Notes: a model not told the origin generated them from the letters alone. DNA of 60,957 nucleotides from an uncultured virus (IMG/VR IMGVR_UViG_3300042691_048032) (IMGVR_UViG_3300042691_048032), one strand, 5' to 3'. Numbered from the stretch's first letter, positions 31,384 to 40,612 are shown. Program-made: numbers and translations.

Positions 31384-31827
31384 CTATCTGCCCCCGCCCG
31401 GCGGCACAGCACCGCCCGCACGGCCGAGGAGCGCCGCGAAACGGGCGCTATCAGGGTGCTGGAGGAGTCTGTTTCCCACGATCTTGTACATGACCCCTTT
31501 ACCGTAACGCGTTCTGGACACGAAACCGGCGGATACGAGCTCCGAGGCCACCTTCTGGACGCGCCCCTCGGACCACCCGAGCCTGTTCCCGAAAACCCTC
31601 AGCGTTCCGGTCGGGGTCGTCGCCATCTCGCACAGCAGCCTGCCGTGCGCCGAGAAGAGGGAGATGCGGGGCTCCTCGCGCACGACCCCGAAGCCCCCGA
31701 GGGCCTCGAGCACCGCGGACACGAGCATCTCTGGCTCGCCGGCGAAGGACGACGCGATCGAGCGGACGACCTCCGAGACGACCTGCGGGTCAACCGCGTC
31801 TGGTGTAGTTACATTGGCGTCATTCAT
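31384..31827 (-). CDS. Winged-HTH (MarR-like) protein
   Basis: 'GNRLGWSEGRVQKVASELVSAGFVSRTRYGK..MY'. Confidence 0.55.
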   Translation of the reverse strand: MNDANVTTPDAVDPQVVSEVVRSIASSFAGEPEMLVSAVLEALGGFGVVREEPRISLFSAHGRLLCEMATTPTGTLRVFGNRLGWSEGRVQKVASELVSAGFVSRTRYGKGVMYKIVGNRLLQHPDSARFAALLGRAGGAVPPGGGR

Positions 31828-31938
31828 GTAGCAGCCGATGCTACTCTCTCTGTCGGCGACCGCGCGTCGCTGTCCGGGGAGGGACACGGTAGTCCGCTGT
31901 GCGCCACGGCGCCAAAGGGTGAGAGGGGTAATCCGACC

Positions 31939-32208
31939 ATGACAGGCAAACCACAACAGGGAGGCCTCGCCTCGGTCCTCAAGGGGCTGACGGACGGGCC
32001 GGCGAGAAGGTGCAACGTCTCCAGGCTCCTGGAGTCGATGGACAGGGAGACCGCCGAGGCGCTCCAGTCCGCGCTCGACACGCCGCAGGTCTCCAACAAC
32101 AAGATCAGGGCGGCGCTCCTGACCGAGGGCATCAGGATGTCCAGGGACACCATCGGCGACCACCGCCGCGGCAGGTGCTCCTGCTCCGCCCAGGGGATCG
32201 CCGGATGA
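31939..32208 (+). CDS. Hypothetical phage protein (HRRGRCSC C-terminus)
   Basis: AGGGG RBS; coupled to the metallophosphoesterase gene. Confidence 0.6.
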   Translation: MTGKPQQGGLASVLKGLTDGPARRCNVSRLLESMDRETAEALQSALDTPQVSNNKIRAALLTEGIRMSRDTIGDHRRGRCSCSAQGIAG

Positions 32209-33377
32209 GCCTCGGGGAGGCGCTCGGCGGCATCGTCGCCGAGGAGGCGGCGAGGATCACCAACAAGCAGAGGCGCGACGCCCTCGGCAAGATCGCCGAG
32301 ATGCTCGAGAGGCAGGGCATCGACCCCGCCGAGATCGGCCAGGTCAAGAGGGTCTCCCTCTACCAGACCATCACCAAGGGGGAGGACGGGGAGGCCGAGG
32401 TCCACGACCTGACCGCCATCCAGTTCTCGCCGGCGTGGCAGGACGGCCCCCAGTGGCCGGTGATAGCACAGGGGCCGAGCATCAGGCTCCCCGCCCCGAA
32501 GCCGGCGAAACCCAGCGACAGGGACTACAGGAGGGCGGTCATCCTCCCCGACATCCAGGCCGGCTACTACAGGCTCGCCGACGACTCCCTCGTCTCCATC
32601 CACGACGAGCAGGCGATCGCCGTCGCGCTCCAGATCGTCAAGGCCGCCAAGCCCGACAAGATCATCCTCAACGGGGACAACCTCGACCTGGCGGAGATGG
32701 GCAAGTACATCGTCACCCCCGCATACCAGCGGACGACGCAGGCCACCATCGACTGGATGACCACCTTCTGCGCCACGCTCCGCCACCTCGCCCCCGAGGC
32801 CGAGATCGTGTGGATCGCCGGGAACCACGAGGAGAGGCTCCCGAAGTACATCGTGCAGAACGCCACCGCGTCGTTCGGGCTCAGGCAGGGCAACGCCCCC
32901 GACTCGTGGCCGGTCATGTCCGTCCCCCACCTGTGCCGGCTCGACGAGTGGGGGGTCACCTACCTGCCCGGCTACCCCGCCGGCTCGTACTGGATCAACA
33001 ACCGCCTGAGGGTCATCCACGGCCACAAGGTCGCCTCGGGCGGCTCCACGGCCCACAAGTACCTCGCCACCGAGAAGACCTCCGTGATCTACGGCCACAT
33101 CCACAGGATCGAGCTCGCCCACAGGACGAGGGACGACTGGGACGGGCCGAAGACCATCCTCGCCGCCTCGGCGGGATGCCTCGCCAAGGTCTCGGGGGAG
33201 GTCCCGTCCACCAAGGGCGGCACCGACCTCGACGGGAGGCCGCTCCCGCAGAGCGAGGACTGGCAGCAGGGCGTGTGCGTCGTCGACTACGAGGAGGGCG
33301 AGGGCGACTTCCACCTCGAGATCGTCCCCATCATGGCCGGCAGGGCAAGGTGGCACGGCAAGAGCTACGGGGCCTGA
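32205..33377 (+). CDS. Metallophosphoesterase (calcineurin-like)
   Basis: PDIQ, NGDNLD, GNHE, HGH and GHIHR motifs. Confidence 0.85.
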   Translation: MSLGEALGGIVAEEAARITNKQRRDALGKIAEMLERQGIDPAEIGQVKRVSLYQTITKGEDGEAEVHDLTAIQFSPAWQDGPQWPVIAQGPSIRLPAPKPAKPSDRDYRRAVILPDIQAGYYRLADDSLVSIHDEQAIAVALQIVKAAKPDKIILNGDNLDLAEMGKYIVTPAYQRTTQATIDWMTTFCATLRHLAPEAEIVWIAGNHEERLPKYIVQNATASFGLRQGNAPDSWPVMSVPHLCRLDEWGVTYLPGYPAGSYWINNRLRVIHGHKVASGGSTAHKYLATEKTSVIYGHIHRIELAHRTRDDWDGPKTILAASAGCLAKVSGEVPSTKGGTDLDGRPLPQSEDWQQGVCVVDYEEGEGDFHLEIVPIMAGRARWHGKSYGA

Positions 33378-33379
33378 CC

Positions 33380-33667
33380 GTGTCCGGAATCCCCGTGGCC
33401 CTGCAGATCATCCCCCTCGTCGTGTCCGTCGCCGCGCTCTACGAGGCACGGCGCTCCCACCGCCTCGCCTCGGAGGCGCTCGAGGCCGCCGAGGAGGCCC
33501 AGGAGGGTCCGATGCTGCGCCCGTCGCCGCGGCGGGAACACCCCGCCGGACAGGTGGACCGCCTCATCAGGGACATCCTCGAGTGGGGGAACACGAACCC
33601 CGAGCCGGGCGACGACGACGACGAGATCCACGACTGGGAGGACGACGAGGGGGAGGGCGAGCGGTGA
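33380..33667 (+). CDS. Small membrane protein
   Basis: N-terminal TM segment and acidic tail. Confidence 0.5.
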   Translation: MSGIPVALQIIPLVVSVAALYEARRSHRLASEALEAAEEAQEGPMLRPSPRREHPAGQVDRLIRDILEWGNTNPEPGDDDDEIHDWEDDEGEGER

Positions 33668-34293
33668 CGACCATCATCGGCATCCAGGGGGACGGCTGGG
33701 CGTTCCTCGCCTGCGACTCCCGCGTGTCCTCCTTCGACACCACGGGGCTCGCCTACCAGTCCACCACCCTCACCCCGGGGACGGGCAAGCTCGCCAGCAA
33801 CGGCAAGTGGATCCTCGGGGCGGCGGGGGACGTGCGGGCCATCAACCTCCTGCACCACGCCTTCTCGCCCCCGACCCCCCACCCGGGGCTCCGGGGCCGC
33901 AAGCTCGACCAGTTCCTCACGACCAAGTTCATCCCCGCGCTGAGGGACTGCTTCGAGGAGCACGGGTACGCCACGCCCGACAACGACGAGAAGCAGCACA
34001 TCGCCGAGATGTCCTCCACCGTCATAGCCGCCGTGAACGCCACCATCTACGCCGTCGACGGCGACTACTCGTGGACGACCGACACCACGGGGGTCTACGC
34101 CCTCGGCACGGGGGCGGCGTACGCGCTCGGGGCGATACACGCGCTCAGGGGGAACGACGGCATCAACACCCTCCGCCAGGCCAAGAGCATCGCCACGAAG
34201 GCCCTCACCATCGCCGCCCGCCTCGACCCGCACACCGGCCCCCCGATCCAGACGCACACCCAGACGACAGACGCGCGGAACGACAAGACATGA
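33664..34293 (+). CDS. Ntn-hydrolase protease (proteasome beta/HslV-like)
   Basis: N-terminal (M)TTIIG..A.DSR..K..G.AG and 'ALGTGAAYALG..D..TG'. Confidence 0.8.
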   Translation: MTTIIGIQGDGWAFLACDSRVSSFDTTGLAYQSTTLTPGTGKLASNGKWILGAAGDVRAINLLHHAFSPPTPHPGLRGRKLDQFLTTKFIPALRDCFEEHGYATPDNDEKQHIAEMSSTVIAAVNATIYAVDGDYSWTTDTTGVYALGTGAAYALGAIHALRGNDGINTLRQAKSIATKALTIAARLDPHTGPPIQTHTQTTDARNDKT

Positions 34294-34628
34294 CGGACGG
34301 CGGAGATAGGCAAGCATGGACGAAGCTCGCCGCCTGCCGGGGGAAGACGGCGGTGATGTTCCCAGCGCACCACAAGGACACGCAGTACATCGTGGCCGCC
34401 CGAAAGGTGTGCGACGAGTGCCCCGTGAGGCGGGAGTGCCTGGACTACGCCCTCGAGTACCCGCCCGCCGACATGCACGGCGTGTGGGCCGGGCTGACGC
34501 CGAGGCAACTGGCCGCCGAGCAGAGGCGCAGGGGCATCCGCCCCTCGAGGCCGACCATCAGCCAGCTGTGGGCGGAACTCGCCGGCAGGGGGATCGCTAG
34601 GTCGGGCGGGGCAGACCCGGCCGGCTGA
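34290..34628 (+). CDS. whiB: WhiB-family transcriptional regulator
   Basis: W...AAC..FP..A..VC..CPV...CL.YAL..GVWAG with four Cys. Confidence 0.9.
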   Translation: MTDGGDRQAWTKLAACRGKTAVMFPAHHKDTQYIVAARKVCDECPVRRECLDYALEYPPADMHGVWAGLTPRQLAAEQRRRGIRPSRPTISQLWAELAGRGIARSGGADPAG

Positions 34629-34998
34629 CGCGCACCCCGCACTCCGAGCAGTAGTGGTGGCCGGCGCTCTCTGTGGTGGCGGTCGAGGCGGGGCAGGGCC
34701 ACGGTCTCCCGCACGGGGCGATCAGCGGCTCGCCGGTCGTCCACGAGGCGATCGTGTCGACGACGCTCGGCGTGTCGTGTGGCGTGTTGTGCCGTGTCGT
34801 GTCGTGTGGTGTGTTGTCCTGTGTCGTGTCGTGTGGTGTGTTGCGCGACGCGTCCGTGAGCACGGCCGCCGCCCAGGCGTTGAGCGTCATGCCGGCCCTC
34901 TCGGCGGCGTCGAGGCAGGCGTTCTTCGCCCAGCCCCTCAGGCGGACGTAGACGACGGCGTTCGCGTCAGGGTCGTGCCTGACCGGCCTCTGAGGCAT
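34597..34998 (-). CDS. Ribbon-helix-helix-like protein with Zn ribbon
   Basis: 'VVYVRL....AAERAGMTLNAW'; internal NTPHDTT repeats; C-terminal CxxC. Confidence 0.55.
   Translation of the reverse strand: MPQRPVRHDPDANAVVYVRLRGWAKNACLDAAERAGMTLNAWAAAVLTDASRNTPHDTTQDNTPHDTTRHNTPHDTPSVVDTIASWTTGEPLIAPCGRPWPCPASTATTESAGHHYCSECGVRVSRPGLPRPT
34771..34845. repeat. 30-nt tandem repeat (NTPHDTT x~3)
   Basis: gtgtcgtgtgg(c/t)gtgttg units. Confidence 0.8.
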
Positions 34999-35161
34999 CC
35001 CTGTCGACGAGCACCTCGAGGTACTCGGAGATCGTGAGGCCGTAGAGGTCGGCCATCTCGGCGAGGAGGTTCTTCGTGCGGGCGGGGACGCGGGCCGTCA
35101 CCTTGGCCGTCGTGCCCTCGGGGGCGGGGACGGGCGGGCGGCCCTGCCTGCCGGCGACCAT
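34967..35161 (-). CDS. Ribbon-helix-helix protein
   Basis: 'GRPP..VTARVP..K..L..MA..YGLTISEYLE.LV'. Confidence 0.65.
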   Translation of the reverse strand: MVAGRQGRPPVPAPEGTTAKVTARVPARTKNLLAEMADLYGLTISEYLEVLVDRDASEAGQARP

Positions 35162-35225
35162 CAGGGGAACGGCCTGACCACGGCGACGAGGACCATGGCG
35201 GCGAGGACGAGGAGGAGGCCCGGCC

Positions 35226-35552
35226 TCACGGCGTGAGCCTCGCCCCGCAGTCGTTGCAGAACTGGGCCCACGGGTACACCCGGCGCGAGCGGTGGGGGCA
35301 GTCGAGGATCGGCGCGGCGCGGTCGTCGGTGGACGCCCTGACGAACTCGGACATGGAGACGCCCGACTTCTCGGCGGCCTCCTTCCAGCGGTCGCGGGTG
35401 GCCGCCGGGACGCGGACGATCACCTGGACCGTGCCCTCGCCCGGGGCGGCCCCGGTGGGGCTGGACACGCCGGTGCCGGCCTCGTCGAGCGCGGCCGCGG
35501 CGGCGGCGAGCACCCCCTCGCCCGGCTCAGGGTAGGCGTCGTTCTTCGGCAT
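35226..35552 (-). CDS. Ribbon-helix-helix protein with Zn ribbon
   Basis: 'QVIVRVP..RDRWKEAAEKSGVSMSEFVR'; CPH..CNDCG. Confidence 0.65.
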   Translation of the reverse strand: MPKNDAYPEPGEGVLAAAAAALDEAGTGVSSPTGAAPGEGTVQVIVRVPAATRDRWKEAAEKSGVSMSEFVRASTDDRAAPILDCPHRSRRVYPWAQFCNDCGARLTP

Positions 35553-36147
35553 CGCGTGACTCCTCGTCGTGCGCCGGCTCCTCGCCGGCGGGTAGTTCCA
35601 GCAGTTGGTCGGCGGCGGCCCTCGGGAGGACGCCGCTCCTCGACATTATCTCGATCAGCTGGCGGGCCTCGGCCTCCGGGTCGAACGCGTCGGCCGCGGC
35701 GGCGGACTGGGCCCCGGCGAGGACGGCGCGCTGCGGGGCCGGCGCCTGGTCGACCGTGAGCGCGACGTTCACCTGCTCCATGCCGAGCAGGCGTGACCTG
35801 CGGTCCATGATGGCGAGGACCTGCTGGACGGCCTTCATGTCGGGCTCGACCACGTGCTCCTCGCCGTCCGGGCCGGCGACCTTGCGGTGCTGGGTGAGCG
35901 GCCAGAGGGCCTGCTGGAGCGCGTCGAGGCGCTCGAGCTCGAGCCGCAGCACCTCCGGGTAGGCCAGCAGGGCCTCCCGGTTCAGCTTCTGGAGGGACCG
36001 CTGGACGGCGTTGTTGACGGCCCCGACCGTGATCTGGAACTTCTTCGCTATCTCGTGGACCGTGACCCCCGCCCGGCGCATGGCGAAGATCCTCGAGTCG
36101 CGCTCGGCGAGGAACTCCCTGGTGAGTCCCCTGTCCGTCTCTGCCAT
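35527..36147 (-). CDS. HTH protein, small-terminase-like
   Basis: GGAGGAG RBS; 'MRRAG.T..EIA..LELERLDAL..LW..A...L.IMDRR.RLLG'. Confidence 0.6.
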   Translation of the reverse strand: MAETDRGLTREFLAERDSRIFAMRRAGVTVHEIAKKFQITVGAVNNAVQRSLQKLNREALLAYPEVLRLELERLDALQQALWPLTQHRKVAGPDGEEHVVEPDMKAVQQVLAIMDRRSRLLGMEQVNVALTVDQAPAPQRAVLAGAQSAAAADAFDPEAEARQLIEIMSRSGVLPRAAADQLLELPAGEEPAHDEESRDAEERRLP

Positions 36148-36167
36148 GTCGGTTCTCCTCCGGCCGG

Positions 36168-38000
36168 CTATTCGACCTGCTCGAATGGTAGCACCGTGCC
36201 GCGACGGAGGCGCGCCGGCCACTCGCGCATGTCGCGCGGGCCGCGCCACTGCTTCACCTGGTACTCGGGGCGGGCGGCCGAGGCGTCGGGGGCGAGCGCG
36301 TACCCGAACTCGGGCCACCGCATCCACACCGCCGACCCCATCGGGCGCAGGTCGCGCCCGGACAGCGCGTTCCCGAGGGGCGCGTGGTGCTCGAGCCAGA
36401 GGGCGACGCCGTAGGTCGCCCTGAGCTGGTCGAGGTACGTCGCGACCTCGATCGCCACCGCCTCGGCCGACCTGCCGCCGGGGTCGACGAAGGCCTTGTA
36501 GAGGGGGCCGAGGACGAGGAGCTTGGGGCGTGACTCCTCGATCACCGCCTCGAGCCTCGCCCTGTCGGCCGGCTTGAGGACGTCCACGCCGTCGGGCTTT
36601 ATCCACAGGTGCGCCTCCTCGGCGGGCCTGCCGGGCCAGTTCTCCTTCACGGACTCGACGATCCGCCTCGCGGTGCGCCTGATGATCCGCTCCGGGTTCT
36701 CGAGGTCGACGAGGAGCGTGCGCACCGGCTCGATCCTCGAGTAGGTGAACGGGTGCACGCCGGCGGCGCAGCAGATGGCCACCTGCCGGGCGAGCATCGT
36801 CTTGCCGACGCCCTCGGCCGCCACGATCATCACGCGCTCCTGCTCCTCGAGGACGCCCGGGATGAGCCACCGGTACTCCTCGTCGGCCTCGGACACGAGC
36901 TCGGCCCACGTGGTGAGCCTGCCGGGGTCGCGCCTGTCGCCGGCGGCGGCCAGCCCGTCGAGGAGCCGGCGGGCCTTCGACAGCCGGGTGTCGAGCAGCT
37001 CGCGCTCGTCGGCCAGCAGGGCCGAGACCTGGCGGGCCACCGCGTCGCCGTGCGACTGCGCCGGCTCGGGGTCGGGCGTGACCTCCGGGGCGGGGAACTC
37101 CTGCTGCGCCGGCACGGCCGCCTCCTCGGCGAGCGGGACGACGTCGTCGACCGACCCGCCGGCCGAGAGCATGTCGTGGACGTCCTTGTGCGGGGCCGGC
37201 ACGGTGCGCACCCGCACCCTGCAGCCGGCCTCCTCGAGGCGCGACGCGACGTAGGTGGCGTGGAGGACGCCCGGGTCGTCCCGGTCGGCGACGACCCACA
37301 CCCGCGCCCCGGCGAGCCACCGGGTGTGCTCGGGCCTCCACTTGTTGCCGGCCCCGTTGTCGGCGCCCATCGGGTTGCACGTCGCCGCGTGGCCGAGGGC
37401 GGCCAGGGCGTCGGCGTCCTTCTCCCCCTCGACGACCCAGACCGGCTCGCCGGCCGAGACCGCCGCCATCACCTCGGGGAGCCTGTAGAGCGGGCGCTCC
37501 ACGAGGTGCGAGGTCGACCACGTCCAGCCGCCGGCCCCGTCGGGGCACCGCTGCCTGAACGTCTTGCCGCCCTCCTCGGTGCGGTACCGGAGTACCTCCA
37601 TGACGAGCGAGCCGTCGGCGTCCGTGTACGGGTACGTCGCGACGAGCTCGCCCGGCCCCGGCTTCTTCCTCTGCTGCGCCATCCCGTGACCCCCCGTCCT
37701 CTCGTCGTCCCTCTTCCTCGCCGGCCTGTTCGCCGGCTTCCACACCTGTGCCCCGCCGTCGTCGTCGGGCCACAGGGCGGAGGGCTCGACGCCGACCGCC
37801 CTGCAGATCTCGTCGAGGTCGCACGGCGTCCCGCGGTGGCAGGTGACGAGCACCTGGCCCTGGGAGCCGACGCCGACCGAGAGCGACGGGTTCTTGTCGT
37901 CGGCCCGGCACGGGCACTTGGCCGACCACTCGTTCCTGCCGCCGGCCTTGTGGACCCCGGACAGCCTCGAGAGGAAGTCGTTCACCGGGTCGGCGCTCAC
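36168..38000 (-). CDS. DNA primase-helicase (Zn finger, Toprim, AAA_25/RepA-like)
   Basis: CPC..D..PSL..CH..C; 'WVVEGEKDAD', 'ADRD..G'; Walker A AEGVGKT. Confidence 0.9.
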   Translation of the reverse strand: MSADPVNDFLSRLSGVHKAGGRNEWSAKCPCRADDKNPSLSVGVGSQGQVLVTCHRGTPCDLDEICRAVGVEPSALWPDDDGGAQVWKPANRPARKRDDERTGGHGMAQQRKKPGPGELVATYPYTDADGSLVMEVLRYRTEEGGKTFRQRCPDGAGGWTWSTSHLVERPLYRLPEVMAAVSAGEPVWVVEGEKDADALAALGHAATCNPMGADNGAGNKWRPEHTRWLAGARVWVVADRDDPGVLHATYVASRLEEAGCRVRVRTVPAPHKDVHDMLSAGGSVDDVVPLAEEAAVPAQQEFPAPEVTPDPEPAQSHGDAVARQVSALLADERELLDTRLSKARRLLDGLAAAGDRRDPGRLTTWAELVSEADEEYRWLIPGVLEEQERVMIVAAEGVGKTMLARQVAICCAAGVHPFTYSRIEPVRTLLVDLENPERIIRRTARRIVESVKENWPGRPAEEAHLWIKPDGVDVLKPADRARLEAVIEESRPKLLVLGPLYKAFVDPGGRSAEAVAIEVATYLDQLRATYGVALWLEHHAPLGNALSGRDLRPMGSAVWMRWPEFGYALAPDASAARPEYQVKQWRGPRDMREWPARLRRGTVLPFEQVE

Positions 38001-38467
38001 CGCGGCACCTCGCCGAACGGCTCCGGGTCGACGACCGCGAGGACGATCGCGTCGCGGGCGTTGCAGACGTCCTCGTAGGCGGCGCGGAACGACTTCTCGT
38101 CGGGGCGTGACCTGCCGTCCATCCCAGCGCGGCGCATCGCCTCGGCGGCCTCCTCGGTCAGCACGTTCCACTCGGTGCCGGCCTCGACCGCCCGGAGCCG
38201 CTCCTGGACGGACGCCCAGGCCTCCGCCGGCGTCTCCACCCGTGACCCGCGGAGGACGATGGCGCGCCTGATCTCGCCGACCCTCGGGGGCCAGCCTCCG
38301 CGCACCACGTGCGAGTCGAGCTCGCGCACGGCGTCGTCGAAGTCGAGGTCCTGGAGGTAGCGCCACCAGGTGCGGATGACGGCGGCGTCCTGCCGGTCGC
38401 CGGAGTCCCGGCTCGGCCACGCGGCCCTGTAGATGTCCACCAGGCGGACGAGTTCCGTGCGGTTCAC
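37997..38467 (-). CDS. Replicative helicase loader/inhibitor-like protein
   Basis: 'AAWP..W..YLQDLD....P.VGEIR..PAEAW'; upstream of the primase-helicase. Confidence 0.55.
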   Translation of the reverse strand: MNRTELVRLVDIYRAAWPSRDSGDRQDAAVIRTWWRYLQDLDFDDAVRELDSHVVRGGWPPRVGEIRRAIVLRGSRVETPAEAWASVQERLRAVEAGTEWNVLTEEAAEAMRRAGMDGRSRPDEKSFRAAYEDVCNARDAIVLAVVDPEPFGEVPR

Positions 38468-38823
38468 CAGGCGTCGCCCTCGCGGGCCTTGTCGGCGTCG
38501 CGCGCCCCGGACTCGACGTGGTCGTGCCAGATGTCGTTGAACTGCTCGATGTGCTTGCTGTCCCGCAGGATCAGCTCGATGTCCGTGTAGACCTTCCCGC
38601 GCGGGTTCTTCCCGAGGTGGAAGTCGGACACCGAACAGCCGCGCACGGCGTCCTTGCAGGCCTCGGCCCCGTAGTCGCGGACGGCCCGTCGGATGAGGGC
38701 GGTGCGCTTGTCGTCGAGCCTCGGCTTCACCCTGGCCGCCGGCCTGAGCAGCTCGATCCAGAGGTCGAACACCTCGTGGATCTCCGGGGCCGTGGGAGTG
38801 GTTGGCGTTTCTTCTTTGGGCAT
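38464..38823 (-). CDS. Replication-initiator-like protein
   Basis: 'EVFDLW..LDDKR..I..A..AV.G...F.LG.N..Y..IELILR'; AAAGGGG RBS. Confidence 0.5.
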   Translation of the reverse strand: MPKEETPTTPTAPEIHEVFDLWIELLRPAARVKPRLDDKRTALIRRAVRDYGAEACKDAVRGCSVSDFHLGKNPRGKVYTDIELILRDSKHIEQFNDIWHDHVESGARDADKAREGDAW

Positions 38824-39143
38824 GGGTTCCCCCTTTGCCGCGGCGCGCGTGGCGGCCAACGGCAGCGTAGTAGTTCCCCGTATCGGGTTTATGGTTTGTT
38901 CTGACTCGACACCCCGAGGGGTGACTGAATCCCGACACCCTCGGGGTTAGGAGATCTGGATTGTCCGGAGGGTCTTACACCCCCCCTCCCCCCACGGCAC
39001 GCCGTTGCGTTCCGTGGTTCGGGGCGACCTCAAGCAGGCCCCGTCCCTGTCGGATGGTGCTGTGCCCGGGCTTGTTAGGCGCGCCTCGGTTGGTACGGGG
39101 GAGGTTCTAGCGCCCCTCCCCCGCACCGCGCAACCGACCCGGG

Positions 39144-39617
39144 TTATTTCTTCCCGGAGAGGCGCACCTGGCGGGCGCGCGCGGCGTGCTTGGCCCGCTC
39201 GGGGCGGCGCGCCGGCACGAGGCCCGCCTTGCGGAGGCGCGTGATCCGCGCGTTCACGCCGGCGGTGGTGCGCCCGAGCGACTTGGCGATCTGCCCGGTC
39301 GTCGCGCCCTTCGCCCACATGGCGCAGATGGTCTTCTCCTCGGCGGCCGTCCACTCGCTGTTGGCCTTCTTGCCGCGGCCGCGCGTGGCGGCCTTGGCCT
39401 TGCGCCCGGGCGCGGAGCGGAGGACCGAGTCGATCTCGTCCTGCGTGAGGCCGGCCTCCTCGAGGGCCACGCGGGCCACGTCGCTGATGCGGAGCGGGCT
39501 GCCGCCCGACCGCGCCCAGATGGTGGCCAGCTGTGCGTCGCGGGCCACGGTGAGCAGGGCGCGCACTCGCGCCTGCGGGTCCCCGTTCGGGGTCTTCTTT
39601 GCCTTCGTGTTGTTCAT
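39144..39617 (-). CDS. GcrA/Myb-like HTH DNA-binding protein
   Basis: 'WTAAEEKTICAMWAKGATTGQIAKSLGRTTAGVNARITRL'; GGGAGG RBS. Confidence 0.65.
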   Translation of the reverse strand: MNNTKAKKTPNGDPQARVRALLTVARDAQLATIWARSGGSPLRISDVARVALEEAGLTQDEIDSVLRSAPGRKAKAATRGRGKKANSEWTAAEEKTICAMWAKGATTGQIAKSLGRTTAGVNARITRLRKAGLVPARRPERAKHAARARQVRLSGKK

Positions 39618-39671
39618 GGTGAACCTCCCTGGTTCTGTGTAGTGACGCGTCGTGTGGCGCGTCGTGTGGAG

Positions 39672-39701
39672 AGTGTATGGCCGTCTCCGGCCACGTGTCA
39701 A
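39672..39701 (-). promoter_or_regulatory. SigA-type promoter TTGACA-N18-TACACT
   Basis: Consensus boxes with a palindromic spacer; two CCACACGACGCG repeats follow downstream. Confidence 0.7.
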
Positions 39702-39712
39702 GTATTCCCGGC

Positions 39713-39982
39713 CTAGCGGTCGGCGAGCCACGGCTCGAGGTGCTTGACCGCGATCCCCGTCGCGAGGCTGGCCGCCATGCGGGCCTCGTCGGGGTGCATG
39801 TCCTCGCCGGCGACGAGCCACCGGACGCACTCGCGCACGGTGTCGAACACCTCGGCCCGCTCGTCGATGACCGACCCCGTCAGCGACTCCCAGCGGAGCC
39901 TGACGACGCGCCTCGCGCCGAGGGGGCGGACCTCGACCGAGGCCCGCCTGTCGCCCTCGACGAGGGACTCGTGGAGGATCAC
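39713..39982 (-). CDS. Hypothetical protein
   Basis: GTGA-coupled to the upstream gene. Confidence 0.5.
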   Translation of the reverse strand: MILHESLVEGDRRASVEVRPLGARRVVRLRWESLTGSVIDERAEVFDTVRECVRWLVAGEDMHPDEARMAASLATGIAVKHLEPWLADR

Positions 39983-40551
39983 GCCGGCACCGGCTCGAGG
40001 TCGGCGTCCCACACGGGGAGGACCACGTAGCCGTTGCGGTAGACCGCCACCGCGATCTCGTCGGCGAGGAGCCTCTCGGCACCGCGGACGATCTTCACGG
40101 CCTGCGTCTCCGACCCGACGGAGGCGATCGCCTGTCGGACGACCTCCTCGTCGTCGGCGGCGGCCAGCATCCGCCCGTAGTCGATGACGGTGACGAGGGC
40201 GTCGCGGACGCCGATCAGGCCCGCCATGCGGCCGATCTCCCCGCCGTCGGGGCGGACGACCGTCCAGCGGACGAGGTCCTTCCAGTCCTCGAGGGCGATG
40301 CGGTCGCAGATGCCCTCGTCGTCGTGGCCCTCGTACTGGCCGTGGCACTTCGGGCACTGCGACGGGTTGTCCCAGTCCCAGTGGTTGCCCGACCCGTAGC
40401 ACTTGCGGCACTTGCCCTTCCCCCCGCGGGGGCCGTCGCCGGTCCCGTGGCACGAGGGGCAGGCCCGCCGCGTGGCCACCTCGCCGTGGTTGCAGCTCGT
40501 GCAGTCCTTCTTGCCCAGCGAGAGGGTTCGTGTTTCGGTGTTGATCTTCAT
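39979..40551 (-). CDS. DnaJ-type CxxCxGxG zinc-finger protein
   Basis: Four CxxC(xG) motifs; conserved leader. Confidence 0.7.
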   Translation of the reverse strand: MKINTETRTLSLGKKDCTSCNHGEVATRRACPSCHGTGDGPRGGKGKCRKCYGSGNHWDWDNPSQCPKCHGQYEGHDDEGICDRIALEDWKDLVRWTVVRPDGGEIGRMAGLIGVRDALVTVIDYGRMLAAADDEEVVRQAIASVGSETQAVKIVRGAERLLADEIAVAVYRNGYVVLPVWDADLEPVPA

Positions 40552-40581
40552 GCTGACCTCCTTGGTCGGTTGCTGTCGGTA

Positions 40582-40612
40582 CTAGAACGCTCGGTCGGTG
40601 TCAGAGTGTGCG
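40582..40612 (-). promoter_or_regulatory. Class B motif CGCACAC-N16-CGTTCTAG
   Basis: Exact spacing; upstream of 40551. Confidence 0.8.
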
